From an uncultured delta proteobacterium (GTDB taxonomy: Bacteria > Myxococcota_A > Polyangia > Polyangiales > Houyiibacteriaceae), in contig CAVOVB010000001.1 in assembly GCA_963699755.1 (NCBI GenBank), forward strand, positions 800,001 through 864,000: a stretch of DNA of 64,000 nucleotides, read 5' to 3'. Position numbers and translations under genes: made by a program. Below are positions 47,542 to 58,024 of the stretch, one piece after another (the stretch's first letter is position 1; every line of letters starts with the position of its first letter). Below the pieces are notes generated by a model, which ran no database searches, was not told the DNA's origin, and saw only the letters and a program-made list of their open reading frames with translations.

Positions 47542-48743
47542 CCCCCGAGGTCTTCTCTGAGCCGATCCTGGATCTTGTCGTCGCTCGGGTAGATCTCTTC
47601 GACGTGCTCCGAGTCGACGAGGGTCGCGGTCAGCTTCTTGAGCATGTGCTTGACCGAGCGAGCGTCGGAACCTGCCGTGACCAGCTCGATCAGCAAGGCA
47701 TCCTTGCGGTCAGGGTTGAGCTCCAGCTCTCCAAGCTCCACCATGCGATCGAGCGAAATCGAGAGGGCGTGCATCAGCTTGCGTGTAAACGGCGTGTGCT
47801 GAAAAGGCGGCGGCTCGTCGACGTACGCGTCTTCCTCGTCGGGCGACGGGACGCTCGCGGCCGTTCGCCAGCCGTCATGCCGCTCGATCCAGTCGAGCGC
47901 CATGCTGGCAAGCTTCGGATCGTCGCCCGCTGCGGTCTCCTCAATGATTCGCGGCACGTCGCCGGCGTGTATCGCCTGCTCGAAGTCGATCAAATGATCG
48001 ACCAGTGCGCGATGGATCGCGTCCATGTCGGAAACCCCGATCTCTTCGGGAAGCTGGAGCGAGCGCGTGGCTAGGAACCGCCGTGTGAGCCAGAGCGAGA
48101 GACGCCGCTGCCAGCCATCTTCGCGATCGACCGCCGGGCTGCTGCCATCGGACTCGACGAGCGGCCATTGGCCTCGCGAGATCGCATCCCAGGCTTCGAA
48201 TAGTGGGGTGTCGAGCAGCTCTTCGACGATGTAGAGGCCGGAAGTCGGTCCCTTTTCCCAGTCGTCGTCCAACAAGGCCGATGCCTCGCTTTGGATGTCC
48301 TGGAGCTTCGCATCGTCGATCTCACCGTTTGCGTGTCTCACCTGCGCAGTCATCCAGCGAAGTGCGCCTGTGATGTCGTCGAACTCGAGGTCGCCGCGCA
48401 TTCCATCCTTGAGGCTGTACACTCGGTGGCGACCTTCCGGATCGGCGATCGTGTCGGCGAGAAAGATCAGGCCCTCGAGCTCCGAGGAGACGAAGGGCTC
48501 CACCTCGCCCACCTGAAGCGCCCAGTGCAATCGCCACGGTCGCGACGTGTCGCCGACGGCCATGCCCGCGTAGGTTGAGTCGAGCAGCTGCAGCAATCGA
48601 AACCCATGGGCTGCGTCCGAGGTCACGTGCAGAAGATCGACGAAAGCATCGATTCGAGACTCGCCGAGCTCGGGCGGCTCACCTGGTTGGCCGAGGGCGA
48701 GCCAGTACGCCTGAACACCCTTTAGAAACGCCTGTTGGGGCAT
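47538..48743 (-). CDS. Hypothetical acidic protein
   Basis: 401-aa ORF, ATGA-coupled to the downstream hydrolase; no motif recognised. Confidence 0.75.
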   Translation of the reverse strand: MPQQAFLKGVQAYWLALGQPGEPPELGESRIDAFVDLLHVTSDAAHGFRLLQLLDSTYAGMAVGDTSRPWRLHWALQVGEVEPFVSSELEGLIFLADTIADPEGRHRVYSLKDGMRGDLEFDDITGALRWMTAQVRHANGEIDDAKLQDIQSEASALLDDDWEKGPTSGLYIVEELLDTPLFEAWDAISRGQWPLVESDGSSPAVDREDGWQRRLSLWLTRRFLATRSLQLPEEIGVSDMDAIHRALVDHLIDFEQAIHAGDVPRIIEETAAGDDPKLASMALDWIERHDGWRTAASVPSPDEEDAYVDEPPPFQHTPFTRKLMHALSISLDRMVELGELELNPDRKDALLIELVTAGSDARSVKHMLKKLTATLVDSEHVEEIYPSDDKIQDRLREDLGG

Positions 48744-48852
48744 AGGGGGCGGAAACTAGCCCAATTTTGAAAAGGTGAAAGCCTGCGGTCGACTTGAAAC
48801 ACGTTCTATTTTTGCCTAGACCCTGTGGCGTAAGGTCGCAGGGAGCCAAACG

Positions 48853-49338
48853 ATGCCAATTGATCAGGACGCATTCAAACAGGCGCTCCGCGGCTGGGCC
48901 AGCGGGGTGACCGTCGTGACCTCGCGTAGCGGCGACAAGGTGCATGGCATGACGGTGTCAGCGTTTTCCAGTGTTTCGGCCGATCCGCCTCTGGTTCTCG
49001 TCTGCGCGAATCAGGCCTCCACGACACACGGCATCATCGAAGAAGGCGGCATCTTCGCCGTGAACATCCTGGCGGCCCACCAGCAGGACGTTTCGAATGT
49101 GTTCGCTTCGTCGGAGCACGAGGATTCGCGGCTGGAGAAGGTGAGCTGGACCGAAGGCACTACGGGAGCGCCCCTGATCGACGACGCCGTAGCGTCGCTC
49201 GAATGCAAGGTTTCGAGCGCGCACCGGGAGGGAAGCCACACGATCTACATCGGAAAGGTCGAAGCCGTTCACACGAGGGACGCCGAGCCCCTCGTCTACT
49301 TCAAGGGCGGCTACCGCTCGTTGCACTGCAAAGACTAG
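48853..49338 (+). CDS. Flavin reductase family protein
   Basis: WASGVTVVT, GMTVSAFSSVS.DPP, GSHTI.IG, PLVYFKGGY. Confidence 0.92.
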   Translation: MPIDQDAFKQALRGWASGVTVVTSRSGDKVHGMTVSAFSSVSADPPLVLVCANQASTTHGIIEEGGIFAVNILAAHQQDVSNVFASSEHEDSRLEKVSWTEGTTGAPLIDDAVASLECKVSSAHREGSHTIYIGKVEAVHTRDAEPLVYFKGGYRSLHCKD

Positions 49339-50021
49339 CCCTTCGTGAACTGTCGCCAGAGCGTCTCCAAGGTTGTTTCGAGCATGCCCGCCTTGGTGGC
49401 GTTGTAGGGAGTGAAGTTCATCAGGCGGATGTAATCGACGCGGGCGCTCGGTCCCTCGCCCTCGATGTCTAGGACATTGAGACAGCCGGGGTCCTGCTCG
49501 ATGCGGCGATAGACTGCGGGGCCGGCGCCCAAGGCCTGAGCGAGAACCGTTCGGTTGACGACGCCGTGACAGGCAACGAAGGCCTGGTTCCAGTCGTCGC
49601 GGCTCAGAAGGCCCTGCCATGCTACGGCGACGCGTTCCCAGAGCTCTGCGTAGGACTCGCCGGTGAGAAATCGGGCGCCGGGCTCGTCGGCGTTGTCGAA
49701 CGCTCGGACGAAGAGCGTTTCCATGTCCTCAAAGCTGTCAATATCTTCAAAACTGCCTGTTTTCGCTTCGCTCAGGCCTTCAATGACGTCGATCACAAGG
49801 TCTCTGTCCCCTATGGCCAATCGCGCGGTCTGCTCGGTGCGTCGAAGCCCCGTGCAGATCGCCAGGTCGATGGGCGCTTCCGTCAACAGCTGGCCGAGTG
49901 CTTCCGCCTGTGCGACTCCCGTCTCGTTGAGCGCCGGGTCGTGGTCCCCGGGTGCTTGGCCCGGTTCGAAATAGGAGACGTCCCCGTGTCTCGCCAAATA
50001 CACTCTGCGTCTGTTTTTCAC
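49335..50021 (-). CDS. Histidine phosphatase family protein
   Basis: LARHG, R..QTA, GES, CHG motifs. Confidence 0.88.
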   Translation of the reverse strand: MKNRRRVYLARHGDVSYFEPGQAPGDHDPALNETGVAQAEALGQLLTEAPIDLAICTGLRRTEQTARLAIGDRDLVIDVIEGLSEAKTGSFEDIDSFEDMETLFVRAFDNADEPGARFLTGESYAELWERVAVAWQGLLSRDDWNQAFVACHGVVNRTVLAQALGAGPAVYRRIEQDPGCLNVLDIEGEGPSARVDYIRLMNFTPYNATKAGMLETTLETLWRQFTKG

Positions 50022-50078
50022 GGCGCCGCAGCATAGCAGCGGGTGCCCCAAGGCGCTTCGGCTGCTAGGGTGCGACGC

Positions 50079-51101
50079 ATGGCACAAACGAACTGGGTCC
50101 TCCTCGTCCTGGCCGCGCTGGCCGTCCTAGGCTGCACCAAGAAGGAAACCCCGGCTCCGGCGGCTGAAGAGGTGGCCCTCGAGAAGGAAGAGCCGGCGGC
50201 AGCGGCCGTCGAGCCGCTCAAACCGCTCCCGAGCTCGGTCGAGGTCAACATGGACAAAGTCTTGCTCGGCAGAAGCCTTTACCACGACACGATCCTGTCA
50301 GGAGACGGTACGGTCGCCTGCGTCACCTGTCATTCGCTCGATCATGGCGGCGCGGAGCCACGCAAGACCTCGACGGGGATTGGCGGCCAGATCGGGCCGA
50401 TCAACTCGCCCACGGTCTTGAACGCGGGATACAACTTCGTACAGTTCTGGGACGGGCGCGCAAAGGACTTGCAGGAGCAAGCTGCCGGTCCGGTCGCCAA
50501 CCCGATCGAAATGGGCGCCAACTGGGACGAAGTCGTCGAGCGTCTGAAGCAGAACAAAGAGTACGCGGCGGCTTTCGCCAAACTCTACGAAGACGGCGTC
50601 ACCCAAGCCAATACGACCGACGCCATCGCGGAGTACGAGAAGTCCCTGATCACGCCCTCGCGCTTCGACAAGTTTTTGCTCGGTGACGAGAACGCGATTA
50701 CCGATGCAGAGAAGAAGGGCTATGCCACCTTCAAAGAGGTCGGCTGCACCGCTTGTCACACCGGCATCAACGTCGGCGGGACCATGTTCCAGAAGATGGG
50801 TCTCGTGAAGGACTATTTTGCCGAACGTGGGACGCCGCTCACCGATGCCGACATGGGACGTTTCAACGTCAGCAAGAACCCGGCCGAAAAGCACTTTTTC
50901 AAGGTTCCGAGCCTTCGAAACATCGAGCTCACGTCACCCTACCTGCACGACGGCTCCCAATCGACTCTGGAGGCCACCGTGAAGATCATGGGAACCCACC
51001 AGCTCGGCAGGGACCTGACCGACGCCGAGGTCAACAGCATCGTGACGTTCCTCAAGAGCCTAACCGGCGAGCTGCCCGCCCACGCAAGACCGGAGGGCTA
51101 G
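50079..51101 (+). CDS. Di-heme cytochrome c peroxidase lipoprotein
   Basis: CVTCH and CTACH, NSPTVLNA, QFWDGRA, NPIEM, FKVPSLRNI..T.PYLHDG. Confidence 0.93.
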   Translation: MAQTNWVLLVLAALAVLGCTKKETPAPAAEEVALEKEEPAAAAVEPLKPLPSSVEVNMDKVLLGRSLYHDTILSGDGTVACVTCHSLDHGGAEPRKTSTGIGGQIGPINSPTVLNAGYNFVQFWDGRAKDLQEQAAGPVANPIEMGANWDEVVERLKQNKEYAAAFAKLYEDGVTQANTTDAIAEYEKSLITPSRFDKFLLGDENAITDAEKKGYATFKEVGCTACHTGINVGGTMFQKMGLVKDYFAERGTPLTDADMGRFNVSKNPAEKHFFKVPSLRNIELTSPYLHDGSQSTLEATVKIMGTHQLGRDLTDAEVNSIVTFLKSLTGELPAHARPEG

Positions 51102-51177
51102 GAGACGAACGGGGCGGAGTCGACGTCTCTCGTGTCGACGCAGGCCCCTGTGGCGCATTCTTTCCATGCTCCGGTCT

Positions 51178-53082
51178 CTAGTTGACCACTTCGAGCCTAA
51201 CCGGCTGAGCCGGATGCTCGCGGCTGCTGGGCGCTGGAATGTACTCGTGGCTCGTGGGGATCTGCGCTTCCGCGGATGCTTCGCCGGCTTTCGGCACCGC
51301 ACGGCGCATGAGCATCTGCCAGGCCACTTTGGGCGCCGGAACCTTCTCTTTGAGCTCGACGAAGATCAGGCGGCCGAGCGACGGGATGTATGGAGACATC
51401 TTGTCGAAGGTTTCCTTCACGTACGGAAGGTCTTCGGTGAAGATGGCGCTGGTGCGCGAGACGGCGCGCGCGGCGTGGACCTTGGCTCGCCCGAGGCGGC
51501 CCTTTCCGACGAGCGGACCGATTTCGTGGATGATGTCGGCAGCGGTTCCGGCCGCGACGTGCGGCGCTTTGTAGAACGTGTGGCTGTATCGAGGATTCTT
51601 CTTCAAGAACTCTCGGGCTTGCTCCTCGCTGATGCCGTAGTGAGCGAGCGCATCTCGGTATTCCTGACGCGCGCGCTCGCGAGCCTTGAACATGTACATC
51701 TGCACGCGGGAGTAAAAGTTCACCGCACCGTCCCCGCTCGTTTCGACCGGGCAGTAGATTGCGTCCGGATGGAGCTCCGTGATGACGGTTTGAATGCCGT
51801 CGGAGACCCCGGAGCTCGGCATGCAGCCAAAGGGCTTCACGCTGAGGGTCATGTGCGCCTTTTGCTTGGCGACGTTGAGGATCAGCTTGGCGACTTCCAT
51901 GTGACCTTCGCCACCGCGAAGCTCGTTGTTGTAGAAGCTGTGACCAACCCGTGCGATCTCGTCCATGTCGGGGAGCTTGTTCCCCTTGAGGCCGGCCACC
52001 GCGCTGAACGTGGCAAAGGTCGCCCGAAGCGCCAGCTCGCCGAGCCAGACGCCTGCCATCTTGTAGCCCACATCGGAACCTTCGAGCCCATAGTAGGCCT
52101 CGTCGGTGCCTCGGAGCGTCATTCGACGTTCGGTGTCGTGGCGCATCTCCCACAGCGTGTAGAGGAGCCAATTGACCAGGGTCTGAATGTCGTTTTCGCC
52201 ACCTTCGGATTCGACGAAGCGCTGGAGGTGGTAGTTGCCGTCTCCCTCCGTGGTCATCGCCCAGAACTCGCCGATAATCGCGACCTTGGGCTTTGCGCGC
52301 AGGCGATCGAGCTCGACCGCCTGCAAGTGCTTACGGCTACGCCAGAGCGCTCGGAGGACGCTGTGGTTCTGCCTGAGGGCGCTGTGCACCTCTTGCTTTG
52401 CCGCTGCGATCGCTCGATCAGTCGCGCCTTCTTCGACCTCATAAGGTCGCAGCCGGTAGCTCAGCAGATTGAGCACGTCGCCGGCGAAGAGGCCGCGCGC
52501 GAGCGCCATGAAGAACTGTGGGTTCAGGACGAGGCCGAGCTCTTCGCCGGTGGCCTGCTTGAAGCCCGACTGCTGCTGAAAGAGCACGACCCGAAATCCG
52601 TCGAAACCCGCATCGCGCAGGGCCTTCCGGTATTCGGTCACGTACATACCGAACCGGCATGGGCCACAGGCGCCGGCGGTCAAAAAGACGTAGTTGTCGA
52701 TGATCTCCTGCGCCGTGAGCCCCTCTTCGTCGCGCAAGCGGCTCAGCTCTTTGACGAGGTTTCCGACCGTGAAGTAGGTCGGATTACACTGCGCCTTGTT
52801 GCCGAACTCCTTGCCGTAGCGAAGAGACTCGACGTCGGCGACCTCCATCGGACGGGTCTTGTAACCGATACCCTCCAGCGCAGATGCAACGAACTCGTCG
52901 TGTGCCAGCGTGAGACCTCCGTTGAGAATCGTGGTCGTGGGGCGCTCCTTCGCGGAGAAGAACGCATTGACCATCTCGTCGGTCCACTGCTCGCGCTCGT
53001 CGTCGAGCCCTAAGCGAGCTCGCTCTTCTGCCTCGAACGTCGCAAGCTCTTTGTCGATGTCGATTTCGAAACCATCAGCCAT
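51178..53082 (-). CDS. 2-hydroxyacyl-CoA dehydratase-like Fe-S protein (activase partner)
   Basis: CNPTYFTVG, GACGPCRFGMY, GGEGHME and KPFGCMP Cys motifs. Confidence 0.8.
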   Translation of the reverse strand: MADGFEIDIDKELATFEAEERARLGLDDEREQWTDEMVNAFFSAKERPTTTILNGGLTLAHDEFVASALEGIGYKTRPMEVADVESLRYGKEFGNKAQCNPTYFTVGNLVKELSRLRDEEGLTAQEIIDNYVFLTAGACGPCRFGMYVTEYRKALRDAGFDGFRVVLFQQQSGFKQATGEELGLVLNPQFFMALARGLFAGDVLNLLSYRLRPYEVEEGATDRAIAAAKQEVHSALRQNHSVLRALWRSRKHLQAVELDRLRAKPKVAIIGEFWAMTTEGDGNYHLQRFVESEGGENDIQTLVNWLLYTLWEMRHDTERRMTLRGTDEAYYGLEGSDVGYKMAGVWLGELALRATFATFSAVAGLKGNKLPDMDEIARVGHSFYNNELRGGEGHMEVAKLILNVAKQKAHMTLSVKPFGCMPSSGVSDGIQTVITELHPDAIYCPVETSGDGAVNFYSRVQMYMFKARERARQEYRDALAHYGISEEQAREFLKKNPRYSHTFYKAPHVAAGTAADIIHEIGPLVGKGRLGRAKVHAARAVSRTSAIFTEDLPYVKETFDKMSPYIPSLGRLIFVELKEKVPAPKVAWQMLMRRAVPKAGEASAEAQIPTSHEYIPAPSSREHPAQPVRLEVVN

Positions 53083-53093
53083 GATCAGCCCCT

Positions 53094-56000
53094 TCACACG
53101 CGGACGAGCTTCCCGTCCTTGGTCTTTCTTCCGAGACGAATCAAACCCGCCGATACCGCGGCTCCGGAGACCACGTCCTCCTCGGAATTCAAAAGGTCGA
53201 CTCGGTACTGGTTCACCTTTTCTGCGAGCTCTTGAATCTCGCGCTCGAGCCCGAGGTCGGCGCGCCTATGCGCGGCCAGCTGCTCCTGCTTCATGCGAAG
53301 AAGCTCGAGCCGCTTCTCGTCGATGCGCCGGCGAAGCTCTGCTTTGCGCGAAGCGACGTCTTCGAGGTGCTCCTCGCGAAGCTTGAGGGAGTGCGCGTAG
53401 GTCTTGACGCGGATCTTGATCGAGCCGCCCGGCTTGTTGGCGTCGATATCGTGCAGTGATGAGCAGGGGACACCGCTCTTGGCCACGATGCTGTCGAGAA
53501 TGCCGTAGGTCGGCGCGTCGTGTCCGCACTTGAAGCTGCTCAAGTCGAGGATGGCGACGTTGGGATGACGCGACGCGAACTTCGCAGCCCAGACCTTTTG
53601 TGCCGAGTTCGCGGAGTAATTCTCGGGCCAGACGTCGTTGACGCTCAAGACGTCTTCGTCCTCACCGTAGAAACGGCGGAGCCAGTCCGGGTCTTTCGGG
53701 ATCGAGCGGATGCTCAAGATCGGATAGCCAAGCACCTGGAATTCGTCGGGGATGCCATGGTGAAGGCCGGGATCGTTGTGATAAGGACGTCCTAGGACGA
53801 GAATGGCGATCTTGTTGTCGTACTCGACCTGCTCGAGGATCGCCTTGCCCTTGGCCTGAATGTCCGCATCGAAGCGCTCGAGAGCTGCGAGGGCCTGCTC
53901 GGTCGCGAAGTCGCTTTCGTCTTCGGTCATGCCGAGCACCTTCTCGAATGCTTCGAACATGTCCCGCTTCAGCAGGGTCGGCTCGGCGAAGCTGAAGGCC
54001 GGCGCGAGGTATTCGATGCCGCGGTTGGCGAAGTAGTCCTGCTCCTTGGTGAACGCGGCCTTCATCACGTCTGGAGTGCCCGCGACGATCGGACAGCTCG
54101 CGTAGTCGACCGCGCCGGTCACGAAGGAAGGAACGTGGGTGAGGATTGGAAAGAAGATCGCGTCTAACGGGGTCGCCTCGTGCCTGTGGAAGAATAGCTG
54201 ATGGAAGTGCGCCTGGGCCACCTTGGACGGGTAGCAAGGGTCGACCGAACCGTATTTGCCGCCTTCGGCAAACATCTCTTCGGAGCTCGGCTCGCTGAAG
54301 ACGATGTTCTTCGGTCGCACGCCGAGCACCTCGAAGTAGGTGCGGAAGAACGGCGCCGTCGAGTACATGTTGAGGACGCGAGGAATGCCCACGCGCCAGT
54401 GCGCTCGCTTCTCGGCCGCCTGCGAGGATGAACGCTGAAACCCTCGCCGGTACTTGGTCCGCTCGATGGCACCGAAGAACTTGCGCTCGACCTTCACATC
54501 TTCGATGGTGCTGCCGGCCTCCGGCATCGGCTCGACCCCCGGGACACGCTTGAAGGCCTTGAGGCCCTCGTAGCTCACGAGGTTCGGAAAGTCTCTCATG
54601 ATCTGGCGGCGCTCTTTGACGATCTCCTCCATGGCGACCTTAGACTCGACCATTCCCTTTTCGCATGAAAACCCGCTGATATATCGGCTGGTGGAGCCAT
54701 CGGGCCGGAAGGCGTCGATGAAGGTGCGCGAGCAGTTGTTCGCGCAGAAATGACAGGTCGTCGTCTCGTCGTTCGTCGTCGTGTACTCGAGATCGATCGC
54801 GGCATCCAGGCCGATGAACCTCGAGCTTCCGCGGCGCTTGACCACGCGCAGCGTCTCCATGGCGGCACCAATGGCGCCCGCCTCGCCGCTGTGTGGATGA
54901 ACGAAAACCTCGGCGTTCGGGACGCGCTCCCGAATGTAGTCGACCTGCGCTTTGACGGCCGCCAAGTTGTACTGCGTGCCTCCTTGAAGGACGAACTTGC
55001 GGCCGAGGGCGGCCATGCGAGGAACGCCGACGACGTACTGCCAGACGTTCTTCGGAAGAACCTGCGCGAGACCGGCAAGAAGCTCCTCCTTGCTAAAGCC
55101 TTCTTTTTGAAAGTTCACGCGGTCGGTATCGAGGAAGACCGCGCAGCCGTAGCTGAACCTGGGTGCCAGCTCGGCCTGGAAGGCAGTCTCCGCATACTCG
55201 GTGACCGGCAATCCGAACTGGTCGGCCATCGCTTGAAGCAGCATGCCGTTGCCCGCCGAGCACTGATTCGAGAGCTTGAACGTTTTGATGTCGCCGTTTT
55301 CCATGAACAGGACCTTGATGTCCTGACCGCCGATGTCGCAGATGACGTCGACGTCGCCGAAGTAGTGCGTCGCGCTCATCATGTGCGCCACGGTTTCGAC
55401 GATGTTCACGTCGGCCCGCACGCATTCTTCGAGCACGTCGGCCGCATAGCCGGTGGCTCCAAAGCCCAGCACTTCGAGCTCGGCGCCCTTGGCGCTCATT
55501 CGCCCGCGGAGCTCACCGAGGAGCTCCTTGCTATCCTGAATGGGGTTCCCCTTCGAGAGCGTGTAGGCCTTCATCAAGACTTCACCGTCTTCGCTCAGCA
55601 GGACCGCCTTCGAGGAGGTGCTTCCGCCGTCGAGGCCGATGACCGCTCGGACCTTCTTGCCAGTGACTTCGGGCTCGATGAACATCGGGACGTGGTAAGC
55701 GCCGAGGAACTCCTCGAGCTCCTTTTCGTCGCGGGCTAGCGGCGGGCCTGCAGCCTCGCCCAGGCGCTCCTTTCGGCCTTCGGTGATGTACCGACGTAGA
55801 CCGTCGAGGCCGCTGTAGACGCCAACGTCTGCGGGCTCGTGCATGCCGTACATGACCGCGCCGTATGCCGCGTAGAGCGCCGCGTTCTCCGGCACCGGAA
55901 TCAGCTCCTCGATCGGCACGTCTTTGGGGTAGTCGTAGCCGCGCTCGTCCCAAGTTTCAGGAATGCGCTTTCGCCAGCACTCCTGAAGAAACGGAAGGAA

Positions 56001-56687
56001 GGTGTTGGGGCCGCCCAAGAGCAGCACCTTGTGTCGTAGGGTGTTGCCACGCGTGAGCACCGAGAGATTTTGCATTACGATTGCGTCGGCCAGCGAGCAC
56101 ATGATCTCGTCGGATGGGATGCCTGTCTTCACGAGATTTACGATGTCGGTTTCGGCGAAGACGCCGCACTTGGCTGCAACATGATGCAAGTGCGTGTCGT
56201 CGAAATGCAAGTTCAGCGTCTCTTCGGACGGCATGCCTACTTTGATCAGGCACTTGTCGATCGTTGCACCGGTGCCCGAGGCACACTTGTCGTTCATCGA
56301 GGCGATCGCGGACTTGTCTCCTGTCCGCTCGTTCTCTTTGAAGACGATGATCTTGGCATCCTGGCCACCGAGCTCTACGACGGAGCCGGCGTCGGGGTGG
56401 AGCGTCTCCACCGCCAATGTGACCGAGTTCACCTCTTGAACGAACTTGGCGCCGAGCGGGGCCTCGAGCGGCTTGGCGCCCGAGCCGGTGATGAAAGCTC
56501 GGACGTCATCGCAGCCGAGCTCGGCGAGGATCTCCCCGATGCGCACCATGAAATTGAGAACGCACTCCGCCTGCTTGGTGTGGTGACGCTGGTAGTCACT
56601 CCAGATGATTTCTTTGGTCTCCGGGTCGACCACGACCGCTTTCACGGTGGTGGACCCCACGTCTAAACCGATTATCACTCGCTGCAT
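53094..56687 (-). CDS. Acyl-CoA dehydratase activase-like protein (two BadF/BadG/BcrA/BcrD ATPase domains plus DUF2229-like domain)
   Basis: GLDVGSTTVK/ELGGQDAK/MNDKCASGTG and GLDGGSTSSK/DIGGQDIK/NQCSAGNG; CYPSK, FKCGHD. Confidence 0.88.
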   Translation of the reverse strand: MQRVIIGLDVGSTTVKAVVVDPETKEIIWSDYQRHHTKQAECVLNFMVRIGEILAELGCDDVRAFITGSGAKPLEAPLGAKFVQEVNSVTLAVETLHPDAGSVVELGGQDAKIIVFKENERTGDKSAIASMNDKCASGTGATIDKCLIKVGMPSEETLNLHFDDTHLHHVAAKCGVFAETDIVNLVKTGIPSDEIMCSLADAIVMQNLSVLTRGNTLRHKVLLLGGPNTFLPFLQECWRKRIPETWDERGYDYPKDVPIEELIPVPENAALYAAYGAVMYGMHEPADVGVYSGLDGLRRYITEGRKERLGEAAGPPLARDEKELEEFLGAYHVPMFIEPEVTGKKVRAVIGLDGGSTSSKAVLLSEDGEVLMKAYTLSKGNPIQDSKELLGELRGRMSAKGAELEVLGFGATGYAADVLEECVRADVNIVETVAHMMSATHYFGDVDVICDIGGQDIKVLFMENGDIKTFKLSNQCSAGNGMLLQAMADQFGLPVTEYAETAFQAELAPRFSYGCAVFLDTDRVNFQKEGFSKEELLAGLAQVLPKNVWQYVVGVPRMAALGRKFVLQGGTQYNLAAVKAQVDYIRERVPNAEVFVHPHSGEAGAIGAAMETLRVVKRRGSSRFIGLDAAIDLEYTTTNDETTTCHFCANNCSRTFIDAFRPDGSTSRYISGFSCEKGMVESKVAMEEIVKERRQIMRDFPNLVSYEGLKAFKRVPGVEPMPEAGSTIEDVKVERKFFGAIERTKYRRGFQRSSSQAAEKRAHWRVGIPRVLNMYSTAPFFRTYFEVLGVRPKNIVFSEPSSEEMFAEGGKYGSVDPCYPSKVAQAHFHQLFFHRHEATPLDAIFFPILTHVPSFVTGAVDYASCPIVAGTPDVMKAAFTKEQDYFANRGIEYLAPAFSFAEPTLLKRDMFEAFEKVLGMTEDESDFATEQALAALERFDADIQAKGKAILEQVEYDNKIAILVLGRPYHNDPGLHHGIPDEFQVLGYPILSIRSIPKDPDWLRRFYGEDEDVLSVNDVWPENYSANSAQKVWAAKFASRHPNVAILDLSSFKCGHDAPTYGILDSIVAKSGVPCSSLHDIDANKPGGSIKIRVKTYAHSLKLREEHLEDVASRKAELRRRIDEKRLELLRMKQEQLAAHRRADLGLEREIQELAEKVNQYRVDLLNSEEDVVSGAAVSAGLIRLGRKTKDGKLVRV

Positions 56688-56836
56688 CAGAACGGCGGCG
56701 TCCTTCCCTCGTCAGGTGGCAGAGATAAACACAAGGTTCCTGGAAAGTCACGCGGCTTGCCTTGCAAATCAGGTACGTCGACGTCACACCTCGTACTTCG
56801 GCAGGCGAGATCGTCTAGGCCGCTCTGGAGGACTGG

Positions 56837-58024
56837 ATGGGCAAAGTGTTGATCATTGGCGCAGGGGGTGTCGGCGGCGTCGTCACGCACAAATGCGCAG
56901 ACGACCGCGAGACGTTTTCCGAGATCGTGCTCGCGAGCAGGACGCTGTCGCGATGCGAGAAGATCCAGACGCAAGTGCGAGAGCTTCGCGGCCGTGAAAT
57001 CGAGATTGCCCAAGTCGATGCCGATGACGTCGCACAGACGGTGGCCTTGATCAAACGAGTCGAGCCAGACCTGCTGATCAACGTCGCCCTTCCCTACCAG
57101 GACCTGCCCCTGATGGACGCCTGCCTCGAAGCCGGGGTCGACTATCTGGACACGGCCAACTACGAGCCGCCAGACGAGGCGAAGTTCGAATACAAGTGGC
57201 AATGGGCCTACCAGCACCGATTCGAATCGGCTGGAATCATGGCCCTGTTGGGCTCGGGTTTCGACCCTGGGGTGACCAACATCTTCTGCGCCTACGCTCA
57301 AAAGAACCTCTTCGACGAGATCGACTACATCGACATCCTGGACTGCAATGGCGGCGACCACGGCCGCCCGTTCGCCACCAACTTCAACCCGGAGATCAAC
57401 ATCCGCGAGATCACCCAACGGGGTCGCTACTGGGAGAACGGGGAATGGGTGGAAATCGAACCGATGTCTGAGTCTCGAATGTTCGACTTCCCGGCGGTGG
57501 GCGAGCGCAAGGCGTACCTGCTCTATCACGAAGAGCTCGAGTCCTTGGCGAAGCACATCAACGGCCTCAAGCGCATTCGTTTTTGGATGACCTTTGGGGA
57601 CGAGTACATCACGCACCTGCGTGTGCTGCAGAACGTCGGCATGACCAGCATCAAACCGATCGAGTTCGAGGGGCGCGAGATCGTGCCGATTAAGTTCTTG
57701 AAAGCCCTGCTCCCCGACCCTTCGACCCTCGGCGAAAACTATACGGGCAAAACCAGCATTGGCTGTCTCATCGAAGGTCGGAAGGACGGGAAGCCTCGGA
57801 AGGCTTTCATCTACAACGTCTGCGACCATGCAGAGTCTTGGAAGGAAGTTCGCGCGCAGGCGGTCTCGTACACGACCGGCGTCCCAGCGATGGTCGGCGC
57901 GAAGATGGTTCTGACCAAGAAGTGGCGCCGTAAGGGGGTGTTCAACGTCGAGCAGTTCGACCCGGAGCCGTTTCTCGAGGAGCTCGCCCTACGTGGCCTG
58001 CCCTGGCACGTGAAGGAAATGTAG
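56837..58024 (+). CDS. Carboxy(nor)spermidine dehydrogenase (saccharopine dehydrogenase family)
   Basis: IIGAGGVG, NVALPYQDL, YLDTANYE, GFDPG, FATNFNPEIN; coupled to nspC. Confidence 0.92.
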   Translation: MGKVLIIGAGGVGGVVTHKCADDRETFSEIVLASRTLSRCEKIQTQVRELRGREIEIAQVDADDVAQTVALIKRVEPDLLINVALPYQDLPLMDACLEAGVDYLDTANYEPPDEAKFEYKWQWAYQHRFESAGIMALLGSGFDPGVTNIFCAYAQKNLFDEIDYIDILDCNGGDHGRPFATNFNPEINIREITQRGRYWENGEWVEIEPMSESRMFDFPAVGERKAYLLYHEELESLAKHINGLKRIRFWMTFGDEYITHLRVLQNVGMTSIKPIEFEGREIVPIKFLKALLPDPSTLGENYTGKTSIGCLIEGRKDGKPRKAFIYNVCDHAESWKEVRAQAVSYTTGVPAMVGAKMVLTKKWRRKGVFNVEQFDPEPFLEELALRGLPWHVKEM

